Of a stretch of DNA of 64,000 nucleotides, positions 38,205-51,359 are shown in pieces (the first letter of the stretch is position 1; every line of letters begins with the position of its first letter). The translations under genes and the position numbers were made by a program. The stretch is from Eledone cirrhosa (Eukaryota). The notes under the pieces were generated by a model. The model was not told the DNA's origin. It ran no database searches and was given only the letters and a program-made list of their open reading frames with translations. The stretch spans positions 88,040,001-88,104,000 of the forward strand of contig OZ024740.1 in the NCBI GenBank assembly GCA_964016885.1, in the 5' to 3' direction.

Positions 38205-38210
<6 letters not shown>
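36980..38210 (+). mobile_element. Degenerate Penelope-like element with pLTR
   Basis: 37050-37150 matches ADL..RM..ELERH.QHFI.RMQF of ORF 48325; the GIY-YIG region follows; pLTR has a TTGAGGA..GAAAGAACTTT hammerhead relic at 38074-38116. Confidence 0.8.
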
Positions 38211-38235
<25 letters not shown>

Positions 38236-38243
38236 TAAATATA

Positions 38244-38309
<66 letters not shown>

Positions 38310-38640
38310 ACATATATATGTGTATATGCATGTACGTATATAGTTATATATATATCAAATATATAAGAACCGTAGAGCAAATATATGTTTTATATATATA
38401 TATATATGCATTCGTATGCGTGCGGGTACAGGCGTTGCGTGGGTTCTGTATGTGCGTGCTTTTTTTTTTTGTGTGTTCTTGTGTGTGTACGTGCGTGCAT
38501 TTGTATACCTATGGCGAGTGTTTTCGCGTATGCTTGTGTATGTACGTATACGGATGCGTGTGTATGTATTTACCTAATTTCATTTACCTGTGTATTTTAT
38601 TTACTTTATTCTTAACGCTGAAGCCGAGAATCATTCGGTT

Positions 38641-39050
38641 TCCTAGTTAGAATTTTAGTCTACGGCTTCAGTTATACCATTTACGTGGTTTTGTCTTTGC
38701 ATGCAATTGTTCTCCCCGCTCCACATATGACGTATAATCTTCGTTTTTCCGTTCATTGCCAGAGAACGTCTCTATGAATCGCCTAATAGAATATTAGTCT
38801 ACGACTTCTTTTATACTATAAACGTGGTTTTGTCTTTGCGTGTAATTGTTTTTCACCGCTCCAAATAATTGTTTCTACCTTTGGCACAAGGCCAGCAATT
38901 ACACAATGCATTACTAGTACTTTATTCTATCGACCCCGGAAGGATGAAAGGCAAAGTTAACCTCCAAAGTCACCGCTCCAAATAATGACGTATTATATTC
39001 GTTTTTTCACGTTCTTTGCCAGGGAACGTTTCCACGAACCAAAGTATCGT
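38641..39050. repeat. Two ~140-bp tandem units, the second split by a SINE
   Basis: TTAGTCTACG..ACGTGGTTTTGTCTTTGC..CCGCTCCA..TGACGTAT..TTGCCAG.GAACGT occurs twice. Confidence 0.8.
38870..38970 (-). mobile_element. 5'-truncated SINE with 16-bp TSD
   Basis: TSD CACCGCTCCAAATAAT at 38854-38869 and 38971-38986. Confidence 0.9.
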
Positions 39051-39119
39051 CTTCCTGTTTTCCTCCGGTTGCAACGTGTTTTGAAATATTCACTTCTGCG
39101 TTCACAGATTGACTTTGTT

Positions 39120-39170
39120 AGTTTCAGAAGATCCCGTTAAGGGTGAAAGCAGCGATTCTTTGCTTAAACT
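39120..39170 (+). ncRNA. Type-I hammerhead motif with U4A substitution
   Basis: AGTTT-CAGAAGA-T-CCC(GTTAA)GGG-T-GAAA-GCAG..TTGC-TT-AAACT; distal stem-I extension CAGATT/AATCTG. Confidence 0.7.
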
Positions 39171-39181
39171 TTAATCTGTTA

Positions 39182-39226
<45 letters not shown>

Positions 39227-39257
39227 ATACACAAATATATACATACTTACATATACG

Positions 39258-39317
<60 letters not shown>

Positions 39318-39388
39318 TATATGTTTTATATATATATATATATATAAATATATACATAAACACATAAACTTACACACACACATACACA

Positions 39389-39426
<38 letters not shown>

Positions 39427-39893
39427 TAGATACACATATACATCTTAACTATACCTAATATACTCATTGTGCAGAGTTAGTACAAAATAGCAAATACAAC
39501 AACAACAGCAACAACAACAACAACTACAGCAACAACAACAACTATAACACCAAAACTAATATTCAGACATACTTCCTGGAGAATTATAATAAGAATGGTA
39601 CAATAACCAGAAACTTAGTTCCATTCAACTGTTCGTAAAGAATTGTTATAACAACATAAAGCTGCTTCTCTTCATGAAACAGAATTGGTGAATTTTTAGT
39701 TTTATACCAGTAGCTATAAGCTACTCGATTCGATTTGATAAAGTGTAGAATTTTTAAGCGGTTTCATTATTTCTTTATATCTTTATCCAATTCTTTATTT
39801 ATTATTTCTATTCCTTTAACTTTTGAAATATAAATGTGATTCTATTTATAAAGACATTATTAAATGCATTATTAAATTCCAGAAAATAATAAT

Positions 39894-39964
<71 letters not shown>

Positions 39965-40131
39965 TATATGTATATATATATATGTACATATATATGCATA
40001 TATATATATATATGCGTATATGTATAAATACATATATATGCATATATATGCATATATATTTATTTATATATATATATGTGTGTATATATATATACATATG
40101 TATACACATATATGTGTATATATACACAGAT

Positions 40132-40166
<35 letters not shown>

Positions 40167-40676
40167 CATATATATACATATATGTATACATATATATACA
40201 TATATATGTTATATACATATATATATATATATACATATGGTGGTTGCCAACTCGTTTTCGAGTACGGCCACTACTCCATATCCGTGTAGGAGAACCCCTA
40301 CCGATGCGCTGAACGAGTGTGACATTTTAGTCCAGCCAGCGACATGAAAACTCTGGTACAAACACTACACTTGTGACAATTATTGACACATAGTGTTGGG
40401 CCCATGGTACCATGTGACGACAAGTGCAGAGAGATCTCCAGATATAAAGCAATGCCTGTGCCGTGAAGCTTTTATAGTGAGCAAAGGCACTGCACAAAGC
40501 CAGTCCCACTCTCTTAACCAATATATACATATATATGTATATATACACACACATATATATGTAATTGTATATGTATGTATGTATATATATTTTATATACA
40601 TAGATATATACTGTTTATACTTCTGCTCTTGAACGTACACACATACATACACTTACATACCCCCCCCCCCCACCTA

Positions 40677-40784
<108 letters not shown>

Positions 40785-41867
40785 AATACATTCATAAGCA
40801 GAAGTATAAACAAAAATAAACAAAATTAAGAAGAAAAGCAAGTATAAACAATAAACAATAACAATTTTAAATCACCCTCATATAAATAAAATAATATGAG
40901 AACGCTAACAACAATAGCAACAACGATAACACCATCATGCTACCACCATCACTACCAGTATCACCTTCATAATTACCACCGCCACCACCTAGTAACAATA
41001 ATTGTAGCTAAAATAACCCCAATGAATGCAGAGAATTTAGAACGAAAGAAGAAATAAAAGCAAAACAAACAAATAAATATATAATATAATAAGATAATAA
41101 TAAAATATTAAGAAACAGGAAAAAAAACGCCGTCAATATATGTGAATAACTGATAAATGTAGTCGCTTTGCTTTCCTCAAATCAATATCTGAGAAAAGGT
41201 GCTTCAGGCAGTTTCTAGCTACCGAAATCTCCGTTGCAGATAAAAGTATTCATGGATTTTCATAATTACAAAATTTCATTTTCGTTAGAGATTCTTTTCA
41301 CTTTCCTTTTACCTTTACTACTTTTTTTTTTGCCTTTTACGTTCATTTATTACACATACACAACCACATATGTAGATATATAAGCAAACTTACAAATATT
41401 CATATATACATATATGCAGACATACATATATATATACACAAATAGTCGCATACATACACACAGATATATTCATATATTCATATATATGTGGATGTATATA
41501 ATGTATCTCTGCGTAAAAAAGTGTATGTATGTATATAAAAGCACACATATATAAATAAGCGTGCAGTACACCCGCTTGTTTCTCTCCACTCTTCAGCTAA
41601 GTATTAGTTGTTAAAAACATTTATATGTATAAAAGTGTATCGGTTCTCTATATGTAAATATATGTATGTGTTTATATATACATATATCCGCTTTTATACA
41701 CGTACACACACATAAACACACACACACACACACATACATACACATATATATATATATATATGAAATGCAGTCGTCCAAACGTAAATGACTATCACGATAA
41801 GCAATCACTACAAATAACAGCATAGGGAATCGGGTAAAATGCACTCGGAAAAAGGTAAAATGGGAAT

Positions 41868-42140
41868 AGAGGTGCATGTCCTAAACGGAACCACGCACCT
41901 GTCGGATGTTAAGCGAGTGCCTTAACATTTCCTCCAAAATTTGACACCTGTGCGAACATTTGGTTGACATAAGAAACATCGAGAAAATGTGGAAATTGAA
42001 ATATAGTAAACTCAACATAAACGGTTATGATAAGCGTTGAGAAAAATGATCTTGGAGATGGAAAAGAGGGGATGTTGGCACCTGCAAGGAATCGAACCAC
42101 ACATCTCTCGGATGTCAGGCAAGATTCTTAAGTCAACCTG
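41868..42140 (-). repeat. Two degenerate tRNA-like units ~200 bp apart
   Basis: Minus strand: GTTAAGGCACTCGCTTAACATCCGACAGGTGCGTGGTTCCG and CTTAAGAATCTTGCCTGACATCCGAGAGATGTGTGGTTCGATTCC. Confidence 0.55.
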
Positions 42141-42302
42141 TTGTTCACACTTTCAGGTAGAGGCTTATATTATAAAATACGCCGATCTGCGGCCAACGAC
42201 CATTTAGCTTAATAGTTAACGAACTCGCCCCTGTCCAATTTTTCCCGTCCCCATGGGTACTTCTCTCACTTTTCTCAAATGACTGATCCCCAATATAATA
42301 AT

Positions 42303-42505
42303 GGTTTCTTATACTATAGGCACAAGGCCAACAATTTTGGGGGAGGGAAAGTCGATTTAATCGACTCCAGTGCGTTACTGGTACTTTATTTTATCGACCC
42401 CGTAAGGATGAATGGCAAAGTTAACATCGGCGGAATTTGAACTCAGATCATAAAGGGCCGGAACTCTATGCTGTAAAGGATGGCGTCCGACCCTCTACCG
42501 ATTTC
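42303..42505 (-). mobile_element. tRNA-derived SINE, longer variant
   Basis: Family core plus an extra GTCGATTTAATCGAC hairpin segment between core and tail. Confidence 0.85.
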
Positions 42506-42591
42506 GGATCAGTAAATTTCCAATTTCATATCTCAACATTTCTTCAGTCAACGAGTGTTCAAACACATACACACATACACATACATACATT

Positions 42592-42642
<51 letters not shown>

Positions 42643-42706
42643 GTTTATATATATATATATAAAACATACACACATACATACACACACATATATGTTTATA
42701 TATATA

Positions 42707-42984
42707 GGAAGAAGAAGTTGAAAATGCAATTGAAGTCTTTAAGAAGGTGTATTTACAATTGCTTATAACTTTACCGGTTTTACAAGTTTCATGAATTTTC
42801 AAAGAGATGGCGACATGGGGGCTATTGCCGACTTGTAACGTGCAGTTATAAGTCGTCATAGCAACATATCTCACCATCTCTCTTAACCTTTGAAACTCAT
42901 GAAACTTGTAAAAGAGGTAAAGTTATAAGCAATTGTAAATAAATCTTCTTAAAGAAACCAATTGCATTTTCAACTTCTTTTTCC
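42707..42984. repeat. Fold-back palindromic element beside TA-rich repeats
   Basis: Arms 42707-42810 / 42874-42984; each arm has GAAA-CTTG-TA-AAA. Confidence 0.85.
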
Positions 42985-43057
42985 GATACTTTTACCCGTG
43001 CGAGATATATTAATAAAAAACTTTCTTCCCAATATATATACATATATACATATATAC

Positions 43058-43143
<86 letters not shown>

Positions 43144-43154
43144 GTATATATATT

Positions 43155-46100
43155 ACTGTTCTTCTAGCCCTCAATTTTCCCACCGTTATGGATGGATGAG
43201 CTGAGAATAAATTTGAGCAACTCTGAATCAATCGATGAATATGAATCTGCGAGCTACCAAGCACCCACGTGAAGCGCCAACCCAGAGACCCTTCCCCACG
43301 AGTGTCGACAAATGCCCAAAACTCCGAGTTGGTACCATCAATGGCTCAATGAAAGGAAGAACAGGAGAAATCGTAGAAATGCTAGAGCAAAAGGAAATTG
43401 ATGTATGCTGTGTGCAAGAGACTAGATGGAGAGGAGAGTCTGCCAGAGTCCTCGTAGGAAAAAGTCGGTGCTACAAATTTTTCTGGGTGGGAAATGACGA
43501 TGGGATGGGTGCTGTAGGTATACTACTAGCTGACAAGTGGTAGTAATCTCAGTGTACAGGGTAAATGCAAGAATCATTAAACTCAGCTAGTCCTGAATAA
43601 AACAATTACCACAATAATATCAGCTTACGCACCCCAATCGGGGCTGCCAGACGAACTTAAGGATAGGTTTTACGAGTCCCTAATACACACTACTGCTCTA
43701 ACAGACGACAATGACTTCCTAATCATCGCAGGAGATTTTAACGGACACGTAGGTAAACACTGCGACGGCTTCAATAGAGTACATGGAGGCCATGGGGTTA
43801 GCACAAGGAATGAGGAAGGATTCAGACTTCTAGAGTTCTGCGACGCCAATGACATGTCGATATGTAACACAAACTTTAAAAAACCCGACAACCACCTATA
43901 GATCAGGGGAGCACTCTAGTCAGTTAGATTTTATCCTCATCAGAGGACGTGACAGATGGACGGTCGTAAACACAAAAGCCTTCCCTAGTGAGGAATGTAC
44001 ATCCCAACATAGCTTAGTTGTCAGCGACCTCACGGTCAGAACTAGACGAACCCGGAAACAGCGGCCAACCAGGAGAAGAAAGATCTGGAAGCTGAAAGTC
44101 CCCTCAACCAGTAACAGATTTAAAGATATTTTACTCAACGCCTACGACAGTAAAGAACAGATAGAGACATTTAATGTAGAAGAGAACTGGGAGTTCCTAA
44201 AAAATAATTTACTAGAGGCGACGGATGAGGTCTGTGGCTGGAGTAAGACCTCAAGCAGGAGGAGAGTGACTTGGTGGTGGAACAATAAGGTAGATGAAGC
44301 AGTTAAGGCCAAGAGACAGGCATGGAAAGAATGGAAGAACGGGGGGAGCAGGGTACATTACATAGAGACCAAGAGGGAAGCTAGGCGACAAGTATACTTA
44401 GCTAGGAGGGAAGCAGAGGATAGAAAATTCAAGCATGTTTTGCAACGTGAAGACCAGAAACAGGAGGTATTCAAGATTGCGAGGCAGTGTGTCAGAGATA
44501 GTTGTGATGTCATTGGAGAGAAGTGTATCCGGAATGATAAAGGTGAGCTTGCCCTCACAAGTGCTGAGAAGAAAGATGCATGGAAGAGTCATTATGATAG
44601 ATTACTAAATGAGGAGAATGCATGGGAAGAAGAGACCCTACCCCAAGTAGACCCTATAGAGGGACCAGCAGTATAAGTCAGCAGCAGCGTAGTAAGTAAG
44701 GCAATCAAAGATATGAAGATGGGGAAGGCAACCGGTCCATCGGGTATAGCTGCTGAGATGCTAAAGGCATCTGGGTCTGTAGGTCACACTATAACCACAC
44801 GTATTGTTAACCAGGTAATACTAGAAGGTGCCATACCAAAAGATTGGTGCAGTAGCATCATTGTCAACTGCTACAAAGTTAAAGGCGATGCACTAGATAG
44901 AGGAAACTATAGAGGTATAAAGTTGATGGACCAGGTCATGAAAGTAACAGAAAGAGTTATAGCACAGTTGATTAGGGACCGGGTGAAAATAGACGAGATG
45001 CAATTTGGGTTTGTACCTGGAAGAGGCACCACTGATGCCCTCTTCCTTGTGAGGCAATTACAGGAAAAGTACCTAGCTAAAAGTAAGCCACTCTACTTGG
45101 CATTTGTCGACCTTGAGAAAGCCTTTGACAGAGTTCCACGTGCTGTAATCTGGTGGGCTCTTAGAAAACTAGGAGTAGATGAATGGTTTGTGAAAGCGGT
45201 ACAAGCCATGTATAGGGGAGCAGTCAGCAAAGTTAGGATTAGCAATGAGTATAGCGAGGAATTTAGCGTACAGGTTGGGGTCCACCAGGGCTCTGTTCTT
45301 AGCCCTTTCCTGTTCATCATAGTCCTGCAGGCAATAACGGAGGAGTTTAAGACCGGATACCCATGGGAACTCCTGTATGCTGATGACCTCGCACTCATAG
45401 CTGAATCTATGGTAGAACTAGAGAAGAAATTCCAAACTTGGAAGCAGGGACTAGAAAGAAGGGTCTCAAAGTCAACATGACAAAGACTAAGGTCCTTGTA
45501 AGTAGACGAGAAAACAGAACCCAGATCCCCTCAGGGAAATGGCCTTGCTCAGTATGTAGGAAAGGTGTAGGTAGGAACTCCATTCTCTGCCCCAAATGCA
45601 AACAATGGGTACACAAGAGATGTAGCGGGATCTCAGGAAGCTTAATTAAGAATGTAGGTTTCACATGCAGCAGCTGTGCTGAGACAGCAAGCAGCAAACA
45701 GCCACAGGAAACAAGTACCACCAAACTCTGGGAGGGCTCTGTAGAAACAGTAGACAGCTTATGCTACCTAGGTGACCGAATTAGCAGCGGAGGTGGGTGT
45801 TCAGAAAGTACAATAACTAGGGTAAGAAGGGGATGGAAGAAGTTTAGGGAACTACTACCACTGCTAGCTGCAAAAGGCTTCTCCCTCAGAATGAAAGGCA
45901 GACTGTATGATACGTGTATCCGAACAGCAATGTTGCATGGTAGTGAGACCTGGGCGCTGAAGGTGGAAGACTTACGTAGATTAGAGAGAAACGAAGCCTG
46001 CATGCTCCGATGGATGTGTAACAGTAATATACGTGAACGACAAAGCATAAATGAATTGAAAGAGTGACTGAGCATAAGAGGAATCAAATGCTGTGTGCAG

Positions 46101-46634
46101 CAGAGGCGGTTTCGCTGGTATGGACATGTGATGCGTATGAAGGATGACAGCTGCATAAAAAGGTGCAGAGCACTAGAAGTTGATGGAAACCGCGGAGTGG
46201 GGAGACCCAAGATGACCTGGGATGAGGTGATAAAAGCCGACCTTACCCAATTACACCTCCCAAAGGCAATGACACACGACCGTGACTTCTGGCGTCACGC
46301 AGTAATACAGAGTACCCGACCTCCCATGGGTACAAGCTGAAGCATATAGACAATATGCCCCCCTCCGCAAGGTGGTCGTGGAGGTGCCACGGCAAAAAAG
46401 CACCCAGCCCACACTGTAAAGTGGTCGTGTAGGCGCCACGAAAAAGCACCCAGCACTCACTGTAAATGAGGTTGGTGTTAGGAAGGGCATCCAGCTGTAG
46501 AAATCAAGCCAAACCAGTTCCTGTATGAGCAAGGCATGGTCAGCCGATCAGACACTGCCCACAACAGGACAACCCGTCTAACCCATGCTAGCGTGGAAGA
46601 ACGGACGTAAAACGGTGATGATGATGATGATGAT
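43155..46634 (+). mobile_element. Near full-length RTE-clade LINE with multiple stops and frameshifts
   Basis: APE (CCVQETRW, AYAPQ, AGDFNGHVG, QLDFIL), RT (NYRGIKL, FVDLEKAFD, GVHQGSVLSP, LLYADD), LHGSETW, RWYGHVMR, RGVGRP; (GAT)n tail. Confidence 0.95.
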
Positions 46635-46641
46635 ATATATG

Positions 46642-46692
<51 letters not shown>

Positions 46693-46693
46693 G

Positions 46694-47678
46694 TTGAATA
46701 TATATCTATTGATGTTATACAAGCTCCTACATAAATTGGTATAATTTCACCCAAATTGTAGGAATCCTATAATGAAACGAGACGTCCGTCTGGGAAGAGA
46801 TATATTAGATATGTCTCATATGAAATAATACAGCCAATTTTCCACGCAATACTTTAAGTTAGCACCCCAAATGCACAATTAGGAATATAATCACTTATTT
46901 CCTAATGTTTGTTGAGTGAGTTGGAATTTGGCCGGAGTATCGCTAAAAAGCCTTCTCCGATATTGTATTTATTTATTTACTCTTGGGGCAGCAGATTCGA
47001 AAAAATTCCCGGTATAAGGTTAGCATTTCTTTGTTTATTTTTTATATATGAATATTGATTGTTCCTTATATCTCATTCTGTTATTTTGCCCGAGAAAATA
47101 TCTGTGTGTGTCATCAAATGTTGTACACACATAGATATTTTTTCAATTTCCAATTGAGTTCTTAGCACGTGGCCTGTATTCCTTTCAGAATTCATTGTCA
47201 TGCGCATGTATTGTTTTTTTGGCGGTAAATTACTTCCTCATTTTTTGAATCGGTTTGAGCACTTCTTTAGAACTGCTGGACTGGCAACCTGACAGATACC
47301 TCAGGCACAGAGGATGATGATTATCGCTAAATACTGATGTTGGTTAGATTATCAATATTAGTATTATTGGGGCACCCACTGATGAATTATAGGAGCCCAC
47401 TTGAATATATATCTATTGATGGTATACGAGCTCCTACATAAATTGGTATAATTTCACCCAAATTGTAGGAATCCTATAATGAAACGAGACGTCCGTCTGG
47501 GAAGAGATATATTAGATATGTCTCATATGAAATAATACAGCCAATTTTCCACGCAATACTTTTAGTTAGCACCCCGAACGCATAATTGGGAATATAATCA
47601 CTTATTTCCAAATGTTTGTTGAGTGAGTTGGAATTTGGCCGGAGTATCGCTAAAAAGCTTTCTCCGATATTGTATTTA
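46694..47678 (+). mobile_element. Partial-tandem non-coding element (707-bp period), retrozyme/pLTR-like
   Basis: 46694-46972 is repeated at 47401-47678; (TA)n on both flanks; contains a hammerhead. Confidence 0.85.
47375..47501 (+). ncRNA. Type-I hammerhead ribozyme, canonical core, long branched stem II
   Basis: CCCA-CTGATGA-ATTATAGGA...TCCTATAAT-GAAA-CG(AGACGTC)CG-TC-TGGG. Confidence 0.88.
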
Positions 47679-47697
47679 TATACATATATATATATAT

Positions 47698-48312
47698 AAC
47701 AATTTTGAATAGCGCCAGTTCGTAATTTGAATTCGGGAATTTTATATTCTTCGAATGAAAAGATTCTTCTGACGAGAGTTTTTCTTTGCAACGGAGGCAG
47801 TATGGACTCCGTTTATTTTTGAGACTCGAAACCGATTCGGTAAAGGTAACTATAGTAAGTAAAGTTAATTTTTTAAAATTTATTTTGAAACTTTTTCTTA
47901 TTTGCTAAACCTTGATTATATATGTTCTGGCTCGTTAATTTATTAACCTGCCATTGAACCACATTGACATATGGTTGGACAATACATGTGTTCCTTAGCA
48001 CCTTGTGCGTGTAGGAACATATACTCTATTATTATTCTCCTCTTGGTTGAGAACAAAAAAAATTTGGTCGTTCTGACTGCTGCTAGTTATAGCGGTAGCC
48101 GACTGACCTCCCTGCCTCCGCCTCTATCTTTACACTCGGCCCTTGAAAACATTGATTCCACTTCATTTTCTCTCATCTCGGGAACAATTTTGAATAGCGC
48201 CAGTTCGTAATTTGAATTCGGGAATTTTATATTCTTCGAATGAAAAGATCCTTCTGACGAGAGTTTTTCTTTACAACGGAGGCCGTATGGACTAAGTTTA
48301 TTTTTGAGACTC
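47698..48312 (+). mobile_element. Partial-tandem non-coding element (485-bp period), retrozyme/pLTR-like
   Basis: 47698-47827 is repeated at 48183-48312; contains a hammerhead. Confidence 0.85.
47765..47846 (+). ncRNA. Type-I hammerhead ribozyme, canonical core
   Basis: TCTT-CTGACGA-GAGTTTT..AACGGAG..CTCCGTT..GAGACTC-GAAA-CCGATTCGG-TA-AAGG. Confidence 0.88.
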
Positions 48313-48324
48313 TAATTTACCCTT

Positions 48325-49524
48325 ATGTCCTACCTATTCATGGTATGGTGGGACAATAGACTTAAACTTAAACTTAAAGAACAATTAGAAGACAGCAACC
48401 TCTTAACCCTGATAATGTACTCCCGCTACGTTGATGATATAAACATCGTAGTAAAAACACCCCCACTAGAGAACAGTCAGGAATTAGAGAAAAACACCAT
48501 GGCAAGCACCCAGAAAATAGCTAACTCAATCCACCAGAGTATTAGAGTTACTATAGACTACCCAAACACACACCCCAACCATCGATTACTTGTACTAGAC
48601 ACAGAGCTCTGGTTAGAAACCATCTATAACAAAAAACAAATCTTCCATTCCCTTTATGCCAAACCCATGACTTCCAAATATCTGATCCACCGAAACTCAG
48701 CTGTTTCGGACCACACCAAAATAAACATACTGATTGCGGATTTGGTACGGGTGATGAGAAAAGTGTCCCGCATGTGCAACCCCAAAGAACTAGAGAGACA
48801 CATACAACACTTCATCCACCGTATGCAGTTCTCTGGTTACAATCAGAGAGATAAAATCAGAGTATATAGAGGAGCCAGAACCAAATGGGAAAAAATGGTA
48901 AATAATGATACAAATGGGACCTGCCCCTTGTATAGGAGCAAATTTTGGAATAGAATAGAAAGAACTAGGAATAAGGTTAATAGAATCAATATAACCCCTA
49001 GAGGTGAATTAGCTTACAAATTTAGAAGGGACCTAGATAAACATAAACTCAATATTAAGATAGTAGAAAGACCAGATATCTCAATAAAAACACTTATTAG
49101 CAATACATACCCTTTTCAAAGACCTCCCTGTATAGATAAGAAATGTATAATCTGTAAACTAAGCCCCCATATTAACTGTAAAACTAGAAATGTAGTATAT
49201 AGCATAATATGTACTGAAGGACAATGTAGAGATAAGAATATAGTGAACATAGGTGAGACAGCTCGTAGTATAGGAAAACGGATAAATGAACACTGGCGAG
49301 AGCTTGAAGATAGAAAAGAATCATCTGTACTCCACCAATATGCTAAAATAGAACATAAGGGTAAATTAGAGAACATAGAAATAAAAATAGAATCTACACA
49401 CAGAAAAGACGTAATGTTTAGACAAATCACAGAGGCAATAAACATAAATGGAATAGCAACATCACAACTTACAATTAAGGACAAAATGAAAACACAAACA
49501 CACATAGAACAAACAACCATGTAA
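48325..49524 (+). pseudogene. Penelope RT (partial) + GIY-YIG endonuclease
   Basis: YSRYVDDI, VLD, YAKP, H..S, SGY, C..CIIC..C..NVVYSIIC..C..NIGETARSIGKRINEH, ITEA. Confidence 0.92.
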
Positions 49525-49654
49525 ATAAACAAATATAAACACACACAGATACCTGGATGTAACATATGCGCAAACTAAGCACACAACACACACAAAAACA
49601 AGATGGCGTAGGACAGAACAAAGGAGAGGCACAAAAACAAAGAAAAGAATCCCA

Positions 49655-49697
49655 GTCACTGAAGAGGTCACAAAATGTGTGATGAAAGAACTTTGAC
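49655..49697 (+). ncRNA. Minimal type-I hammerhead in Penelope pLTR
   Basis: GTCA-CTGAAGA-G-GTCACA(AAATG)TGTGAT-GAAA-GAAC-TT-TGAC. Confidence 0.8.
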
Positions 49698-50007
49698 AAT
49701 ATATGAACAACCGTCCGGTTGTGGAACCAACCAACCAACCGGAAATTTATAAATTCTTAAATTCTTAAATTTATAAATTTAATTTATAATAAATTGGAGT
49801 GAAAGCAACTGGTGTGTGTGTTTCTTATTGGCAACATGACCCTCTCAAAGCATAACAATATATATATATATACATATATACATATATATATATATAAAAT
49901 ACACAAGCGAAAACGGGTGAGTTGCATTACGTCGAGTGCTCTCACTAATATTACATCGAGGTTAACCATACGGAATGACCAGTTCTATCGAGTGGTGAAC
50001 CAACAAA

Positions 50008-50083
<76 letters not shown>

Positions 50084-50084
50084 A

Positions 50085-50843
<759 letters not shown>

Positions 50844-50853
50844 TGTATGTATG

Positions 50854-50906
<53 letters not shown>

Positions 50907-50912
50907 TGTATG

Positions 50913-50951
<39 letters not shown>

Positions 50952-50958
<7 letters not shown>

Positions 50959-51098
50959 GAAACACACAGATACATGCGGACACACACATATATACATGAA
51001 TGCATCCGCACCCAACTGTGAGTTAAGGGTGCCAACTTCACCGATGTTGCTCAATGAATTCATTGTGTCCGCATGTATCTGTGTGTTTCTAAATATAT
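50952..51098. repeat. Short inverted repeat at the 5' end of a hammerhead-bearing element
   Basis: ATATTTAGAAACACACAGATACATGCGGACACA / TGTGTCCGCATGTATCTGTGTGTTTCTAAATAT. Confidence 0.85.
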
Positions 51099-51359
51099 TA
51101 ATAACTCCCTCTGGTCGAGCAATCTTTGAGGTGTGGGGACAACTGGAAAGCTTCCATTACTCATACTTCTCGCCTTCTTCACTACCTCTTCTACGGCCTC
51201 GATATGAATACCCCCTCCGCCTCCGTGGTATTTTATTCGTGGTTATAAGAGGCTTAGCTCTGTTTCTCGACCGTTATATCGCGTGACTCTCCCCCTCCGC
51301 CTTTTGGGATTCTTTCTCACGTCGTGTAGACGCGTTCTTGAGACTAGTAAAATGAGGTA

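Larger units (their letters stand above)
48313..49860 (+). mobile_element. Penelope-like element, 5'-truncated, with 3' pLTR
   Basis: RT C-terminal half + GIY-YIG ORF followed by a pLTR ending ATAACAATA-(TA)n. Confidence 0.92.

Noticed and set aside
39570-39830. Possible minus-strand exon ending at GGAA|GTATGT
   Set aside because: Stops in the frames examined; no recognisable protein
40238-40521. ~280-bp TA-flanked island, possible solo LTR or pLTR
   Set aside because: Single copy in the window, no TSD, only poor ribozyme-like matches
41560-41600. CTGAAGA..GAAA on minus
   Set aside because: No stem II and only a 3-bp stem I
42510-42552. CTGAAGA-A-ATGT(TGAG)ATAT-GAAA on minus
   Set aside because: Stem I does not close; possibly cut by the adjacent SINE, so not supportable
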